A DNA stretch of 64,000 nt from Trichinella spiralis (Eukaryota): contig NW_003526941.1 of NCBI RefSeq assembly GCF_000181795.1, positions 7,106,043-7,170,042 of the forward strand, in the 5' to 3' direction. The notes under the pieces are model-generated. The model did no database searches. It saw nothing but the letters and a program-made list of their open reading frames with translations, and was not told where the DNA came from. Each line of letters starts with the position of its first letter. Within the stretch, counting starts at the first letter, position 1. This document shows positions 24,554-37,962 of this stretch, piece by piece. The position numbers were made by a program, and so were the translations under genes.

Positions 24554-26967
24554 ATGATCCGAGTGCAGATTTTTTGCTTCAAACTTGTTGTTTTACAATA
24601 TTTTATTGCCTTTTCTACTTGTATTCAGTTGGAAGATCATAATCAGTGCATAGGAACGTTTTGTTACAACGGTGGTACATGTTTAACACCAAAAGGAATG
24701 AAGCAATCGATATGCTCATGCTTACCAGGATTTTGGGGCCGTCGATGTCAACATCGAGCAGGTGATCGTCCTTGTCTTGGTCATTTATGTGAAAATGGAG
24801 TTTGTGACAGTGAAGGCTTCATTCGTTTACCGTAAGTATTCTTTTGTTTTTTGAAAATTTTCAAATTTCGATGCACTTAAATGAAATTACATTTTATCTT
24901 ATTAAATTTCACTTTGTTCCAAAATTCATTATAGCGAATATGTGAATATTACAGTGGAGATGGTGTAAAACTTTTAGAATTTGTAGTACTTTGTAGTATT
25001 GAAAGCTTTAATTGGAAATAAAAGTAATGTTCAGTACATTTTGTATTACTTCAGAAAGAAGGTTGTACGCTATGGATGCAAATGTAATCGTAACTTCGTC
25101 GGCGCATTTTGCAATACAACCAAACACGAAGCGATGTGCAATTTACGCGCAGATTGCCAAAGCAAATTCATGCAAATTACCGTTAAAGACAACCAATGTC
25201 ATTGTTCATGTCGTGAAGGCTATACGGGAAGTGACTGCAGTGTACAGCTTCCTTGCGCTAGAATTCACTGTGAACATAAAGCTGAATGTGTGGATGGAAA
25301 ATGCAACTGCACTGGTACACTTTATACGGGAAAAACTTGTGAACGAATCAACATTCCTTTGCTGAAACAACTGAATGTAGAAAATTTATGTCAAGCCAGG
25401 GACGCCCCAAAATGTAACAGGAATATCAACGCTAGATGCACATTGGCTTTAGTAAGTATTACTTATAGATTACATATTGAATATCAGTTTCATTTTTGAA
25501 ATAAATTCACATACTTTTTTTTCTTAAACGTAGAATCATGAAAAAAAAGTCATCGCCTATTGTAATTGTACACCACCGTGGACAGGAAATCGGGAATGCA
25601 CGAAAAAGTTTGATGCCTGTGAGCTTACGGAATTTGAGAAAAGCTGCGTTCAAGATTATCGCGCTTGCGACTTGGATGCACCAGTGGAAGAGAGCCGCTG
25701 CAAAAACGGTGGTTTATGTCTTTCAGATGCTAAAAGTTTAAAAGGCCAGGCTCGAAAATTTCTCTGCAAGTCAGTTAATTTCATAATATAACAATAATAT
25801 AAATAACGGGGCAGTAAAGAATTATGATCATAATATATGTACTGTTTGGATGTGTATAATTTAGATGTAAGGGTAATTTTGTCGGGCCGTTTTGCGAATT
25901 TGAAGATTATTGTAAATATAAAAATGCCTGTCCAACGGAACATCATGAATGCAGATTGACAAGCGACCAAGATGGACTGAGGTTGCAAAAATTGTGTCTG
26001 TGCAAGCCTGGTTATACAGGTAATGCAGTTAATTTGAAGAGTTTATTTAAGGGTTTCGAAATCCAATATCTATTTTGTAGGTAAAAATTGTGAACGGAAA
26101 CTTACTGATTCTCAGATCATGGCTAAGTGTATAAACAACAAATGCAGTAATACATCTGTTTGTATTCCGTGTATTCGACTAAGAGGCATTTGTACAACTA
26201 AGGAACAACACAGACGTGGATATATGTGAGTGAGAAATGAAGTTTTCACTGTTTGTCTAGATTCAACTGCTGTTTAGTTGTGCGTGTGATCCTAGTCAAT
26301 CGGGTGAATTTTGTGAACACCATGTGTCCCCATGTGTCACTCACGAATGTAAAAATCATGGAACCTGCAAAGAAGTGGATGAATACACATATAAGTTCTG
26401 TTTCAATTAATTCAGTTAATATTTTTCATTTAATTGAATTTCATTTTAACAGGTGCATTTGCAAACCAGGAATCACCGGTTTACATTGTGATGTTATTGA
26501 CAACATGTGCAAAACTCGAACTCCTTGTGTGCACGGAATTTGTACTGTGAATAAACATATCCGTGAAGGATACAAGTGTCAATGTAAACACGGATACCGA
26601 GGAGTGCAGTGTGAATTGCCTGCCTACAGTAAGTGATAATTAATTAATTAATTAATTAACAGCGGTTGAATGTTATTTTATGAAAACTTTTTGCATAAAA
26701 TTATAAATAATGTGAATAACAGTTTTTCTACTCTGATGATCAGTTTTACTTTTAGTACTGTTTGGGAAGTGGAGCACTTCGCGTGAAGTAATTGCAATGG
26801 CATATTCGGCTATGATTGGATTAATAGTAACTATATGTTTTCTGATATATGCAATGTCACAACCAGAAGAGCTGTCTCCTGATTCAGAATCGCAAGACGA
26901 ATCAATGATGAAAAATTCTGAATCAGGCCTGGCTGAAAGTACAATTTCTAGGTATTATAAAGCTTAA
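24554..26967 (+). CDS. Type I membrane protein with ~10 EGF-like repeats (SPE-9-like architecture), multi-exon
   Basis: Signal peptide MIRVQIFCFKLVVLQYFIAFSTC. EGF repeats include CYNGGTC...CSCLPGFWGRRC, CSCREGYTGSDC, CNCTPPWTGNREC, CLCKPGYTGKNC, CICKPGITGLHC and CQCKHGYRGVQC. TM VIAMAYSAMIGLIVTICFLIYAM, then a short Ser/acidic tail. Stop at 26967, or ~27196 if two more small exons are used. Confidence 0.88.
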
Positions 26968-27551
26968 TGTAAACAAATCAGTTTTATTAAAATTAGATCA
27001 TTTAGAATCGTAAGTTATGCGACAAGCCGTACCTCAATGAACCAATCGGTATGTTCAACATATTCACGTCTTTTTTTAATTAAACAATTTATATTTTTGT
27101 TAAATGCTTTTAAAAGTATTAAGTTGATTAATTTTGAAAATCAGTACAAAATGTAAATATAACTATTTTCAGTGGCAGTCAGAAAGTGAAAGTTGAATTC
27201 CCCCTATTTGGAATTGATATCTTATGAGATGTTCCGGTAAGATGGTTGCAAAACTGAAATTGATACTGAACATACACTACCCTTTTCCAGTCTGTTTTAG
27301 AATTGTGAAAAAATCGAATAAAGAGATAAAAAACACTAATACTGCTTGCGTTGTTGCAGTATTGTTTTTTTTGCATTTTTTCTAAAATGTATCTAACATA
27401 CGTGAACGTATTACTGTGAAGTAACGTAAAGTGAAAAAATAAATTTTAAATCAACGGAGCCTTTTCGTTTTCCTATTATAAATTATCACAGTGCTAAACG
27501 GAATTTTAAACATTAAACTCAAATGGAATGTTTAAACAATGAATTTAAACA

Positions 27552-29923
27552 ATGGCGCGCAACTTCGAATATTTAAACGGTTCGCACTTCTCTACTGTCA
27601 CATCTATTTCTCTTCCTGTCCAATAAGCTTGCCAAAAATATAATGACAATTTGTGACCATTGTTGGCACATTTTCCATTCTTTCATATTTGAATTTTCAA
27701 AAGGATTGCTTGTTAGGTTAATGTTGAGTGGATTGCTTGTAGGTTTAAATGGAGCCGTCGAGAAATGTCCATCTGACATAGACAAAAATCTGTACAATGG
27801 TTACGAGCTGCGTAAAGGTTACTGTCTCACATACTTGGAACTGGATGAAGAAAAAAAGCTCCTATCTGAGCCTTCTGACGATTGGTTTGAGTTTGCCAAA
27901 AAAGAATGTGCTGAAAAGCTTCCCAATGGAACCATTCATCCTGCTATTTGTACTGAATCTTCCAAATTGGATATAAAATATGATTATGAGTTTGACAATT
28001 ATGACGCGACTGCTTTACGAGGATTCAAAATACTGTCTGCACATCTGATAAAGGCGGCGAATTCTAATGAGACAACTCTTAATGTTGAAATAGAATTTTC
28101 CAACGGAACCAGACTCACTGTTACTGAAGATACTGCTCAGCATTTACTGTGCATCAAAAATCGCTTGAAGCACATATTGAAAAGAAAAGACTTTCCGCTT
28201 TGCAATGATATTGAAATATCCATTCCACCCTATGCTAAACATGGAACAATGAGTATTGTAGGAAGTAAAATCAAGTCGTTTTTCAATTGCAAAAATGAAC
28301 ATCCATATGCATTTGTTTTATGCGCATCAACTTATGCTTACAACTGTGTTGAACATGTGAACCAAAATTATTCACAGGGATGCACAGAATGCCGTCCAGG
28401 ATTTATCGGAGCACTATGCAATCACGGTAAGCATTTCCATCTATTTATTATCAGTAAAACTATCACATTACTTCTCAGTCAAGTAGATGGAAAAACAAAC
28501 ATTAGCACTTTTCTTTTCAACTTCTGGAAAGAATTTTTTGTGAAATTCGTAATTATCTCAAAAATAATACTAATTCACACTAGCTGAAGAATTGAAAATG
28601 TTCAAAACTTACTGGTTGAAATAAATATAAAACATTTCTATTACAGAAAATAATAATTTTGTTTTCAGATACGCGTGTTCAAGCAAGCAGGCGTGCGTAC
28701 GAAGGTAAGATAATAAACGGAAGCAGTGATATAACAGTGTGTAAGTAGAAACTGTGCATTTTTCAATTGAGCAAAACAAATCATTCAATTTGATCAAAAT
28801 GGTGCTAATAATTTCAAGATGAAGAACAGCATATACAATGTCAAAACGGTGCGACAGAATTTTTCATAATTAATAGAACAGTGTGTAACTGTCCAGAAGG
28901 CTTCACGGGCAACGCGTGTGAACAAAGTAAGTTGGTTGCACAATTTTGCATATTTGAAATTTTACAAGAGCAATTTGAATATAATTTGTGATGGAGCTGA
29001 AGTAAAGTTTGATGCAAACAAAATATACACAGGTCTGAAGCAAAGAAAAACAGAATGCTACAATGGTGGTACACAAGTGGTACTGGAAAATCACACCGAC
29101 TGTGCTTGTTTGAGTAATTTTACAGGATCCCACTGCCAGATAAGTAAGAAAAACAGAATTCATTAAAATCTATTTATCTTTACAAATTCAAAATATTTCA
29201 GGAATAAACCAACTTAACTGCACACCTGGATACCATCTGTCAAATACGACAGGGTATGAAATTTGCTTATGCAGCAAAACGAATACAACCTATTCATGCC
29301 TGACAGGTGAGCGGAAAATAAATTCAAACAAAGTTATTGGTGCATCTATATATTTGATTGCTTTCAGTGCTGAAAAATTACTGCAAAAATAAAGGCATAC
29401 CTGTAATGAGAAGGTCGAATGTAGTGAACTGTGAATGTGCAACCAATCTGTCAGGAGAAAGATGTGAAATGAAAGGTAAGCAGCACACTAAAACAATGTT
29501 TATGATTAAAACCTACGACCTCTGCAATTCTTGACAAGAAAACAAATACATAAAATTTACATAACACTTCTTTAACAGAAAACAATTCCAAGATAAGGAA
29601 ACACAATTCACACAAATCTTTCATCAGATCAAGTTAATTGACATGCCGTAATCAATAATTTTACCAATTTGTTAAGTAAACACAACAACTATTTAAACCA
29701 TCATTAAAAATGATTCATTACAATATATTATTTATTTATTTGAATACCATGTCGGTAGTACCGAACTAAATTCATTTCGTGTATTTTTTCAGAATCAAAA
29801 GTCTTGAACAAAGGAGTCATATTTCCTTTCACATTTCTAGCAGTCTTTATGATTGCACTCCTGGTTACACTTTGCATTTGCCCGCCTAAATACGTCGATC
29901 AAACCAAACCAAACAATCATTAA
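27552..29923 (+). CDS. Membrane protein with a C-type-lectin-like N-terminal domain, several EGF-like repeats and a C-terminal TM, multi-exon
   Basis: Large exon ~27703-28426 (LLVRLMLSGLLVGLNGAVEKCP...GYCLTY...FEFAKKEC...FVLC...CRPGFIGALC). Later exons: CQNGATE...CNCPEGFTGNACEQ; CYNGGT...CACLSNFTGSHCQ; CKNKG...CECANHLSGERCE. TM GVIFPFTFLAVFMIALLVTLCIC; stop 29921-29923. The ATG at 27552 and the lectin call are inferred. Confidence 0.78.
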
Positions 29924-30295
29924 ATTTTTAACTTTTCTGCCAAATAAATATTAATAAAATATTTCTTCATGTACAACGAAATCAACATTTTTAATCATTC
30001 ATTGGCAAAATTATAAAAACAGATAAACTATAAATTATTAATTAATTGCATTGGCTTGTAAATCAATCAACAGAAGAAATTAAATTATTAATTTATACAA
30101 TAAAACGAGTTGATCAATATATACATATATGTATTCCTCATTTATTGTAAGCAGCCATATTTATGGAATATTTTTAATTAGTTCGTTATGTTAGCCGTAA
30201 AATTTCTAAATTGAAAAAGATTGTCACTCTGTTCTGAGATTCAATGCATATTCTGAACTATGCTATTAACAAATTATAGAAAAACTAAAGTAAAT

Positions 30296-31600
30296 GCTCA
30301 GTACTAATAATAATTGAAGCTAATATGCTCTTTATTGTGAAATATTAAAGCATTTAACAAAGATATACCTCATTTATCGTAAGCAGCTATATATACGAAA
30401 TATTTAAAAGTATTTCGTTATGTTAGCCGCAACATTTCACAACTTAAAAAGATTCCGTCATTTTGCTCTGATATCTATTAGACATCCAATGTATGTTCTG
30501 AACCACGCTATCCATAAATTACAGAAGAAGTAAACTAAATGCAACTTACTAAAACGAATGCCTTCGATGCCTTCATTTAAACCTTGTATTCACGTTCGTA
30601 CAAATGTAGATGACTTAATTTGAAGAAATAAAAAATAATAAACGAAACGCAAAGCAGTTTTCAATAATATTCCATAATTTTCATCGCACGGAAAACGCCA
30701 TCGCACTCGCACTGCACACCGTAGGCCAGCAATCAGCGACACTAAAGCCACGTAAACGTACGCATAGCAGTGGAATAAAAATTTGCATACATTTTCTGGT
30801 AAACAAGTCCTACTGTGGCTGCTATTCCGCACGTTGAGCAAACAACAATTTTCTCGACTTTTAAACTAAAACGCCACGAAAAGAATTATATGAGTTGCAA
30901 CTTCACAATAGTAATTCTTTTGTTCTTCTCAACTACGAAATATACCATTGAATTGATAGAACGAAGCAATTTAAACGAAGTTTATCTAATATATTAAAAG
31001 TTCAGGCTATTTGTTAGCAACAGTTGCAAAGTAATCAAACCTCAAGGTCACACTTAAAAATTTGCATGAAAATTCTGGTAAACAAGTTCGATGCCTACAT
31101 TTCATTACGTTCAACAGACATAGGTTTCGCAACCTTACATGCAAAATCACTACAACAGCAATATATGAGATAGAGGTTTACAATATTAATGATGTATATA
31201 ATTCCTCTTCACATCTCGATATCATTAGATTGATAAAGTTATTAATTTCGTTTTCAAGCTGATGTCAGGTCCAATTATTTTTCATCACTCTTAAGCGTCG
31301 TCTTTTTAATATGCACATTTTAAACCGTAGTCTTGACGTTTGTTTGCTTTGCAGCTATAGCTCGTTAGCAATATGAACTGATAAATAAATAAATATATAT
31401 ATATAACTGCACTTGATGTGTTTTTTTAATCAACTTAATTGTACCTAGAAGTGGTGAATATCGTAATTTATATGAATTTCCATTTGATAACTGTCAGTGA
31501 CAGATTCTGATTCTGTAGATTTGAACAACATGCATTCGTCGTAATGTTTTTCAAATCACCTAAATTTTTAAAGTTCGATGTATTGTTTTAGCTTTATAAA
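30296..31600 (+). repeat. ~1.3-kb dispersed direct repeat, copy B
   Basis: Matches 12326-13603, with ~27 extra nt at ~30690-30717. Preceded by a more diverged partial copy at ~30135-30297. Confidence 0.95.
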
Positions 31601-34493
31601 GTGGCTAAATTTTGTAAATAAATTATAAAAAAAACTTACCATTCTGTTAATTGCAAATTGCCCCATTTCACTTTTCACACTTTTCAAATGTTCTGCGGAA
31701 ATTCATTTTTCGTAATTTATGCCTTTCTCTTCACCAACTTTATCTTTCGCTTCATTCATCTCTTTCATTGAGCTTGAACAAAGAAAAAACAATCATCTTT
31801 AATGAGTAAACTTTTTAGTCATATTGTCAATTTTTACAAATATCTGTCTGTGCTTACAATTATTTTATTTGGAATAAATTAATCAGTGTTCTCAGAAATT
31901 ATCAAAGTTCATCACCGCTTTAATTGTAATCAATAGTTCATTAATATAAAAAGTAATAAACAAGTTATAAAAATTCATTCTTTACTCTGAAAATTATATT
32001 ATATTTAAGTTAACTTTACATGCAACGGCCATGTTCCATAGATTAATTTATTATCATCTGACTGTTATGTTAAATCAACAACTCAGAGCTATTTGCTTAC
32101 TGCGATGATGGAAATGGTCATTCCTTTGAAATCAAAAGAAAACGATTATCCCAAATCCAATCTCCAAAACTTGGTTACTTTGAGAAATTTGTCGAACACT
32201 GTTTGTTCTCTATCTTTACACTGAGTGTTGGGTTGTGGTTCTCACTGTCGTCAAGCCATGCCTGGTTTCAACCAAACGCATCTGTCATCCTCACAGTTCA
32301 TATTTCTACATTCATTCGAGTATATTCAAATAAATTTATTAAAAAATAATATTTTTTAGAAAAAAACATTTAAAAAAACATGGATGGCAAACAAGCTCTC
32401 TCCACTAGGGATGTTCATCAGAAATTATCTGAGAACAGAATAATGCACTTGCACTTGACATTTACAAAATAGATTATCATCATCTTCGTGTGTATGAATC
32501 GAAAAATGCTTTATGCAGATAATTTCCATAAAGCTAAACAAACAACAGTTGATTGACTGAAACAAATGGATCAATATGAAATTGAAAATTATTCTCCACA
32601 ATGAGATGATGATGATGGTGATAAAAATATTTTGCACCAATCTTCAAATACACTTTCTCAATATAAACAAAGCATAATAATAATAATTAGAGTAAAGTAA
32701 TTTTTTTCAAACACATGTCAACATTTATGGATTTTAGAAAAAAATAATTACAAATCAATAGCAATTGTTCCCTTCCATTCTGCACTGATGCACAATTAGC
32801 CGTTGCGGAACACAACTGCTGCTTAAATGTCACCTAATACAAATGTAAAAATAAATATGATTCCGTTCAAATATAGAATGCAAAATTATTATTAAAAATA
32901 ATATAAATGAAAAAAACAAACAAAACTCATGTAATTTTGTAAATAAATTTCAATTCAATTTAACAATAGTGCAGTTGGATATAATATGTGATGTTGCTTT
33001 ATCGAGTATTCAATATCAAAGCAAGTGCATGTGAATAAATAAGAGGAAATTTTCATTAACAGCATTTAATTTAACACTTCATACAATTATAAGTGTAATA
33101 TAAAAATCAAAAAAAAACAAGTGAATGATCATTGCAACTGTTGGTCGTGTTACTGTTGTGGGATCAACAGTCAAGCAGTAGGACAAAATTATCCCCCGTA
33201 AGTAGGAGGCAATTATCAAGCAGCTAAACCGAGAAAACAATTCGTTCATATAAGATTGTGGTGGTGGTAGCATACGTGACTGAATATATAATTTTCTATT
33301 AATTTCAAATAGAGCCCACCCAGGTAATAATTATTTTCTTGCATTTTATATTTCACTAACATTGGCATTTCATCATCTTGTCAATCTTGTCAATGAAAAC
33401 TGATATACCAATTTAGCAGATTATCAATGCTATTTTTCAAATCAAATCAAAGTATTACCAAAATAGAAAAAGAAAACACAAACAAACAAACAAACAAAGA
33501 TATCAATGTGCAAATACTGATCACACGTTTGCTTGCAAAAAGGAGAATCATTATTATTCACTTGGTTGTTTGTTGCGGAAAGAACATTATTACTGAATAA
33601 TATTTAACAAATTAGATTGATAAATTGTTGCTGTGATGGCACATAGAACACGGAGATAGATCAACTTGAAATAAGAGTAAAAAATTAATGCAATTAATTA
33701 CTATGAATTACAATTAATCAGCAGCTGTACTGATGGGTCAATTCAAATGAATAAATAACTGTATGCATATGCATATGCATAAAGGATGAACGAGATATAT
33801 ATAATATTAATGGAATAACAAGAACAATTGCGAAGTATGCCAATTGCAGAAAATGATGAAAAGAACAAAATTAAATAGTCAAAAGTGAGAAATTAATATC
33901 ACAAGCGAAACAGATAAATTAAGTTGATGATTATTTTTGCTTGTAATTTGGTTTTGGTAAACAATGAGAAGCATAGAAAGTTTAAGCTGAATGGTGTTTT
34001 GACAAAGAGAATGGTTTTCTCCAAATGAAAAATTAATGAATAAAATATGGTCGAGAAGTTGATCATTTTCCACAGATCAGAGATTCATTGAATGCTGTTG
34101 TGAAAGTTGAAGTTGCCCAACCGAGGCATATTTACCGATCGATCGGTGTTGCTTTTAAGAGAAAGGCAACCGGTGCGGCACATCTGCTGTCCGCGACCAC
34201 TAGGCATGCAATTTCAGCGTCAGCATTTATTTCAGCAAGCGTCAGAAAGCGTAGTAACCCGTGGCAACAGACGGAGCGGATTGTGTCTGCTTGGCGTTTT
34301 TCATTGTTCTCAAATGTCAAACCAGTGCTCGCCGCTTTCCATCCACCAAGTTGGCAAGCGTACGCGGTTCATACATAGCAGGCAAATTTCCCCATTACAA
34401 AGCAGAAGAAAATTATTATCCGTTGAAAAAACAATAAATAAATAAATAAAACTGGGTATCATATTGTTCGGTTCATTCTGTTTGTTGGTTGGA

Positions 34494-36162
34494 ATGTCGA
34501 AAGCGGCTCAAGCCCAGATCGAATCACTTCGTCATCAATTGGAACAACTTCGCATGGAGGCTAGCCTTCCGAGAAAAAGAATTTCCGAAGTCTCCAGAGA
34601 GTAAGTTTTACCCATTCTTTTCCATTATTCATTTAAACTTAATCCTCCTCTAATATTAATCCATTCTTCTACTACTTATTTATTGTATTATTTTTTTCAA
34701 AGATGAAATGTATATATATACATATAGTAATTTCTCTTCTAAATTGAATACAAGGATACCTTTTTGAAGTGATCAATAACAAAATAGGCGAGCTTTGGAA
34801 ATGTTTGCAAAATTGCCCAAGGCAAGAAAACAGTGATTCGATAAAACTGTTTTCAATACAGCCAATAGAAGCGTTTGTTGTAATGGGACGTTGCCATTTC
34901 AATATTGTAATAAAAATTGTGCAGTTGGACAAAGAATGCAAAGTCTTTGCAGAAAACAAGAGATATTTTCAAACAAAATCCATAGATTCTATATGCCAAC
35001 AACGTCTATGCTAAAGTGCAATTTAAAGTTTAGCCGCCTTTGATTTGCTCGCACTGCTTCACTGTGAATAGCAGCAAATGCTAATTCATACCAATTCATA
35101 ATTTCACTATAGTTTAAACAGTCAATTAGTTAATACGCTTAAATATGCATCAATATGCATGGCTGAATTTGTTTACAAGCGCAACTAGTGGCAACAATTC
35201 AGCGACAGTCACATTCTTTAAATTAATTCGGCCGCCATTATACATTATATACTCATATGGATTTTTATACATAACTCATTCATGCATAAAATACATCATA
35301 GATTTTTCAATTTGAATTTCTTTTTCTCCATTTTTGTTGGAAAATCACTTTTCACCAAATTGCACGAACGATTTGATGGAAAATACAAGGACTCCGTAAA
35401 TTATGTGAAAATGCCCATTATTAAAGAAAACAACAATTTTATATAAGTGACACAGCGAAAGCGCTTAACTATTTCAGTACAACAATTAATATACTAAAAT
35501 GAATAGGCATAATTATTGTAATTATAATGATTAAATTTTGCTTGCTCTTCATCAATTTACAAGTGCTCGGTAAAAATAATTTCATACACAATACAACGTA
35601 AAATATTATTTGAAACGAGCAGAAAATAATTAACGCCTATACACAATAATACTGACGCAGCAAAATTATAATCCTTTTATATCTGATGAAAATTTGCATG
35701 TATGTGTGTACATCACGAAGTAGTCATATTAGTTTCATTATTTTAAGCTAAGCTAAGCTGAGCGAAATAATAATAATACTAGTAATAATACAATGTAAAA
35801 GTTAAAAATTCTGCGAAGAGTATAATGATAAATTGTGTTCATTTGCCCATCGGCTAAGCTGTTAAATAACTTCATTCCACTGCTGATGATAAGAGATGTT
35901 TATAAACTGCAACTCCTGCATTCAAACTGATGATTTGAAACTGATTCAAATGTTCTTCATCCACCATTATATATACATAAAAATTGCTATTAAAATAAAA
36001 TTTCATCTTTCGACAACCGTAAGAGCTGCGAAATTGATATAAATTCTGTTTTTCAGTCTCATGGACTATTGTGAAAAGCACAAATCACAGGATGTTCTCG
36101 TGACTGGAATTGCAGATTCGCACAACCCATTTCAAGAAAAAAAATCCTGTGTCCTGTTGTAG
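34494..36162 (+). CDS. gpc-1: Heterotrimeric G-protein gamma subunit, 2 exons (34494-34600, 36057-36162), 70 aa
   Basis: MSKAAQAQIESLRHQLEQLRMEASLPRKRISEVSRD/LMDYCEKHKSQDVLVTGIADSHNPFQEKKSCVLL*. Donor GTAAGT at 34601, acceptor TTTCAG ending at 36056. NPF motif and CAAX box CVLL; the HNPFQEKKSC end matches my recollection of C. elegans GPC-1. Confidence 0.93.
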
Positions 36163-37962
36163 AAAAAGATTCATCATTCATCGCAATATTGTTTTTCATA
36201 GCATATAGCATAGTCAATACTGTTTGCTTCATCATCGAATAAACTGGTGAAATGGTGCACAACAAATTAATTCACTGCCTTGTTCTTTTCCGCATCATGT
36301 AAGTGACTAACAATAACATGGACATGGATGACAATGAGCACAATAGAGATGATGATGATGATGATGATCGTTGCTTCCTTATAACTGATTATAATTATTA
36401 TTATTCTAATAATTCCAAAAACCATTTTTGAGCATGTTCGTTTGAATCAATTTTCCATACCCGTTGTTATTTTTACTGATAGGAAAATAAAGCAAAAAAA
36501 ATCCTTCTCACACTTGATTCTCTACAATGTACATGTGTTCCGTTTGCTTGTAAAATTTAATGATTAATTCACAAATTACTTTTTTTGGAACTATCAAAAC
36601 GAAAGAAATTAATTTTCACATTCAGCGATGAAAAATGCATTGGAACACAATTTTTATAGCGACTATTTTATCATAACATCTCTCTCTCTCAATCTCTCTC
36701 TCTCTCTACATTTGTTCGATAAAACCATTTACGAACAAAAATAATACAACTAATTTTAAATGACATTCAAATGCATAAATACAGTCAATTTCAAAATGAT
36801 TCTTAACAAACTGTATGACTGAAACGTGCAGAACTAAAAAAATCGACTTTGGAAAAAGTTAGCATAGATGATGATGAACAATGACCTCTAAGATGATGAA
36901 CATAATTTACATCTACTAATTCAGTTACAATAATTCATCACGGCAATAGTTGCGCAGAGATCAGTTTTAATTGCGCCATCAGTGAATATTAATACTAATA
37001 AATGGTCAATATTGCACAAATAAAGAAATCTGAGAATTCTTACCTGAGAAAAGAGCTCAACTGTGCGTGACAAGATGAACGTGTGAATGGCATGAGAACA
37101 ATAACCGATTTGTGATCATTTTCTTCTGCTGGATATCCATGCTGAATTGACAATCAAGCCATCAGCCAAACCAATCCATATTCACTGCCTTTCTTTCTAT
37201 CTTTTTGCTTTTGAAGCATCATCTGAGCAGCAGTAGTGCCAACTGAAAATTATTATCAATTGTAATGGCAAAAATCAGAAAAGAACGAACAAAAAATATT
37301 CTACATATTAGCTGCTTCAATGAATTGGAAAAGCATAATAATATTTTATCACTATTGCAATTCCATTCACGGTTACAACTTAAATAATCGTACTTATTAA
37401 TTCCAAAAAATAGAAGAAAAATGAAACAAAACTGAAAAAAAAAATTCATTCCACACATCCACAACAGCAACAGTTCGAATATTCATATCGTTGTTGTCAG
37501 CTTTGGCATGTTGTGCCATTTATCCAGAACAATTAATTATCACGTGCATGCATGAACAACATTCGATTAACAGAAAATTAACAACAATAAAGTGTTATTT
37601 ATTGGATAAATAAATTAAGAACGAAATCACACAGTAGGGAAAAAATAGTGTAGGAAAAATGTATAAAAAAGCACCACAAAATGAATCACCATGAATGAAT
37701 GAATGAATGAAAACAACAGCTTGTATATTAGCACAATGATAGTTATTATGATCATTATATATTGAAATTACTGGTGAGAATGAGAATTATCAGCATGTGC
37801 AAAAATTGAAAATAACTTACACAACAGTTTTCTTTCTACTGTAGAATTGTAATTCTAATGTGCAAGATTAAATTGCACCATCGTCGTCCTCATTACAACA
37901 ATGATCATCATGATTATCTCACAGTTTTACAATGTTACATAATATACGATTGATCGATTGTT

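Noticed and set aside
12326..31600. LTR retrotransposon with 1.3-kb LTRs
   Set aside because: No gag/pol, PBS/PPT or TG...CA termini seen; the interior consists of ordinary host genes.
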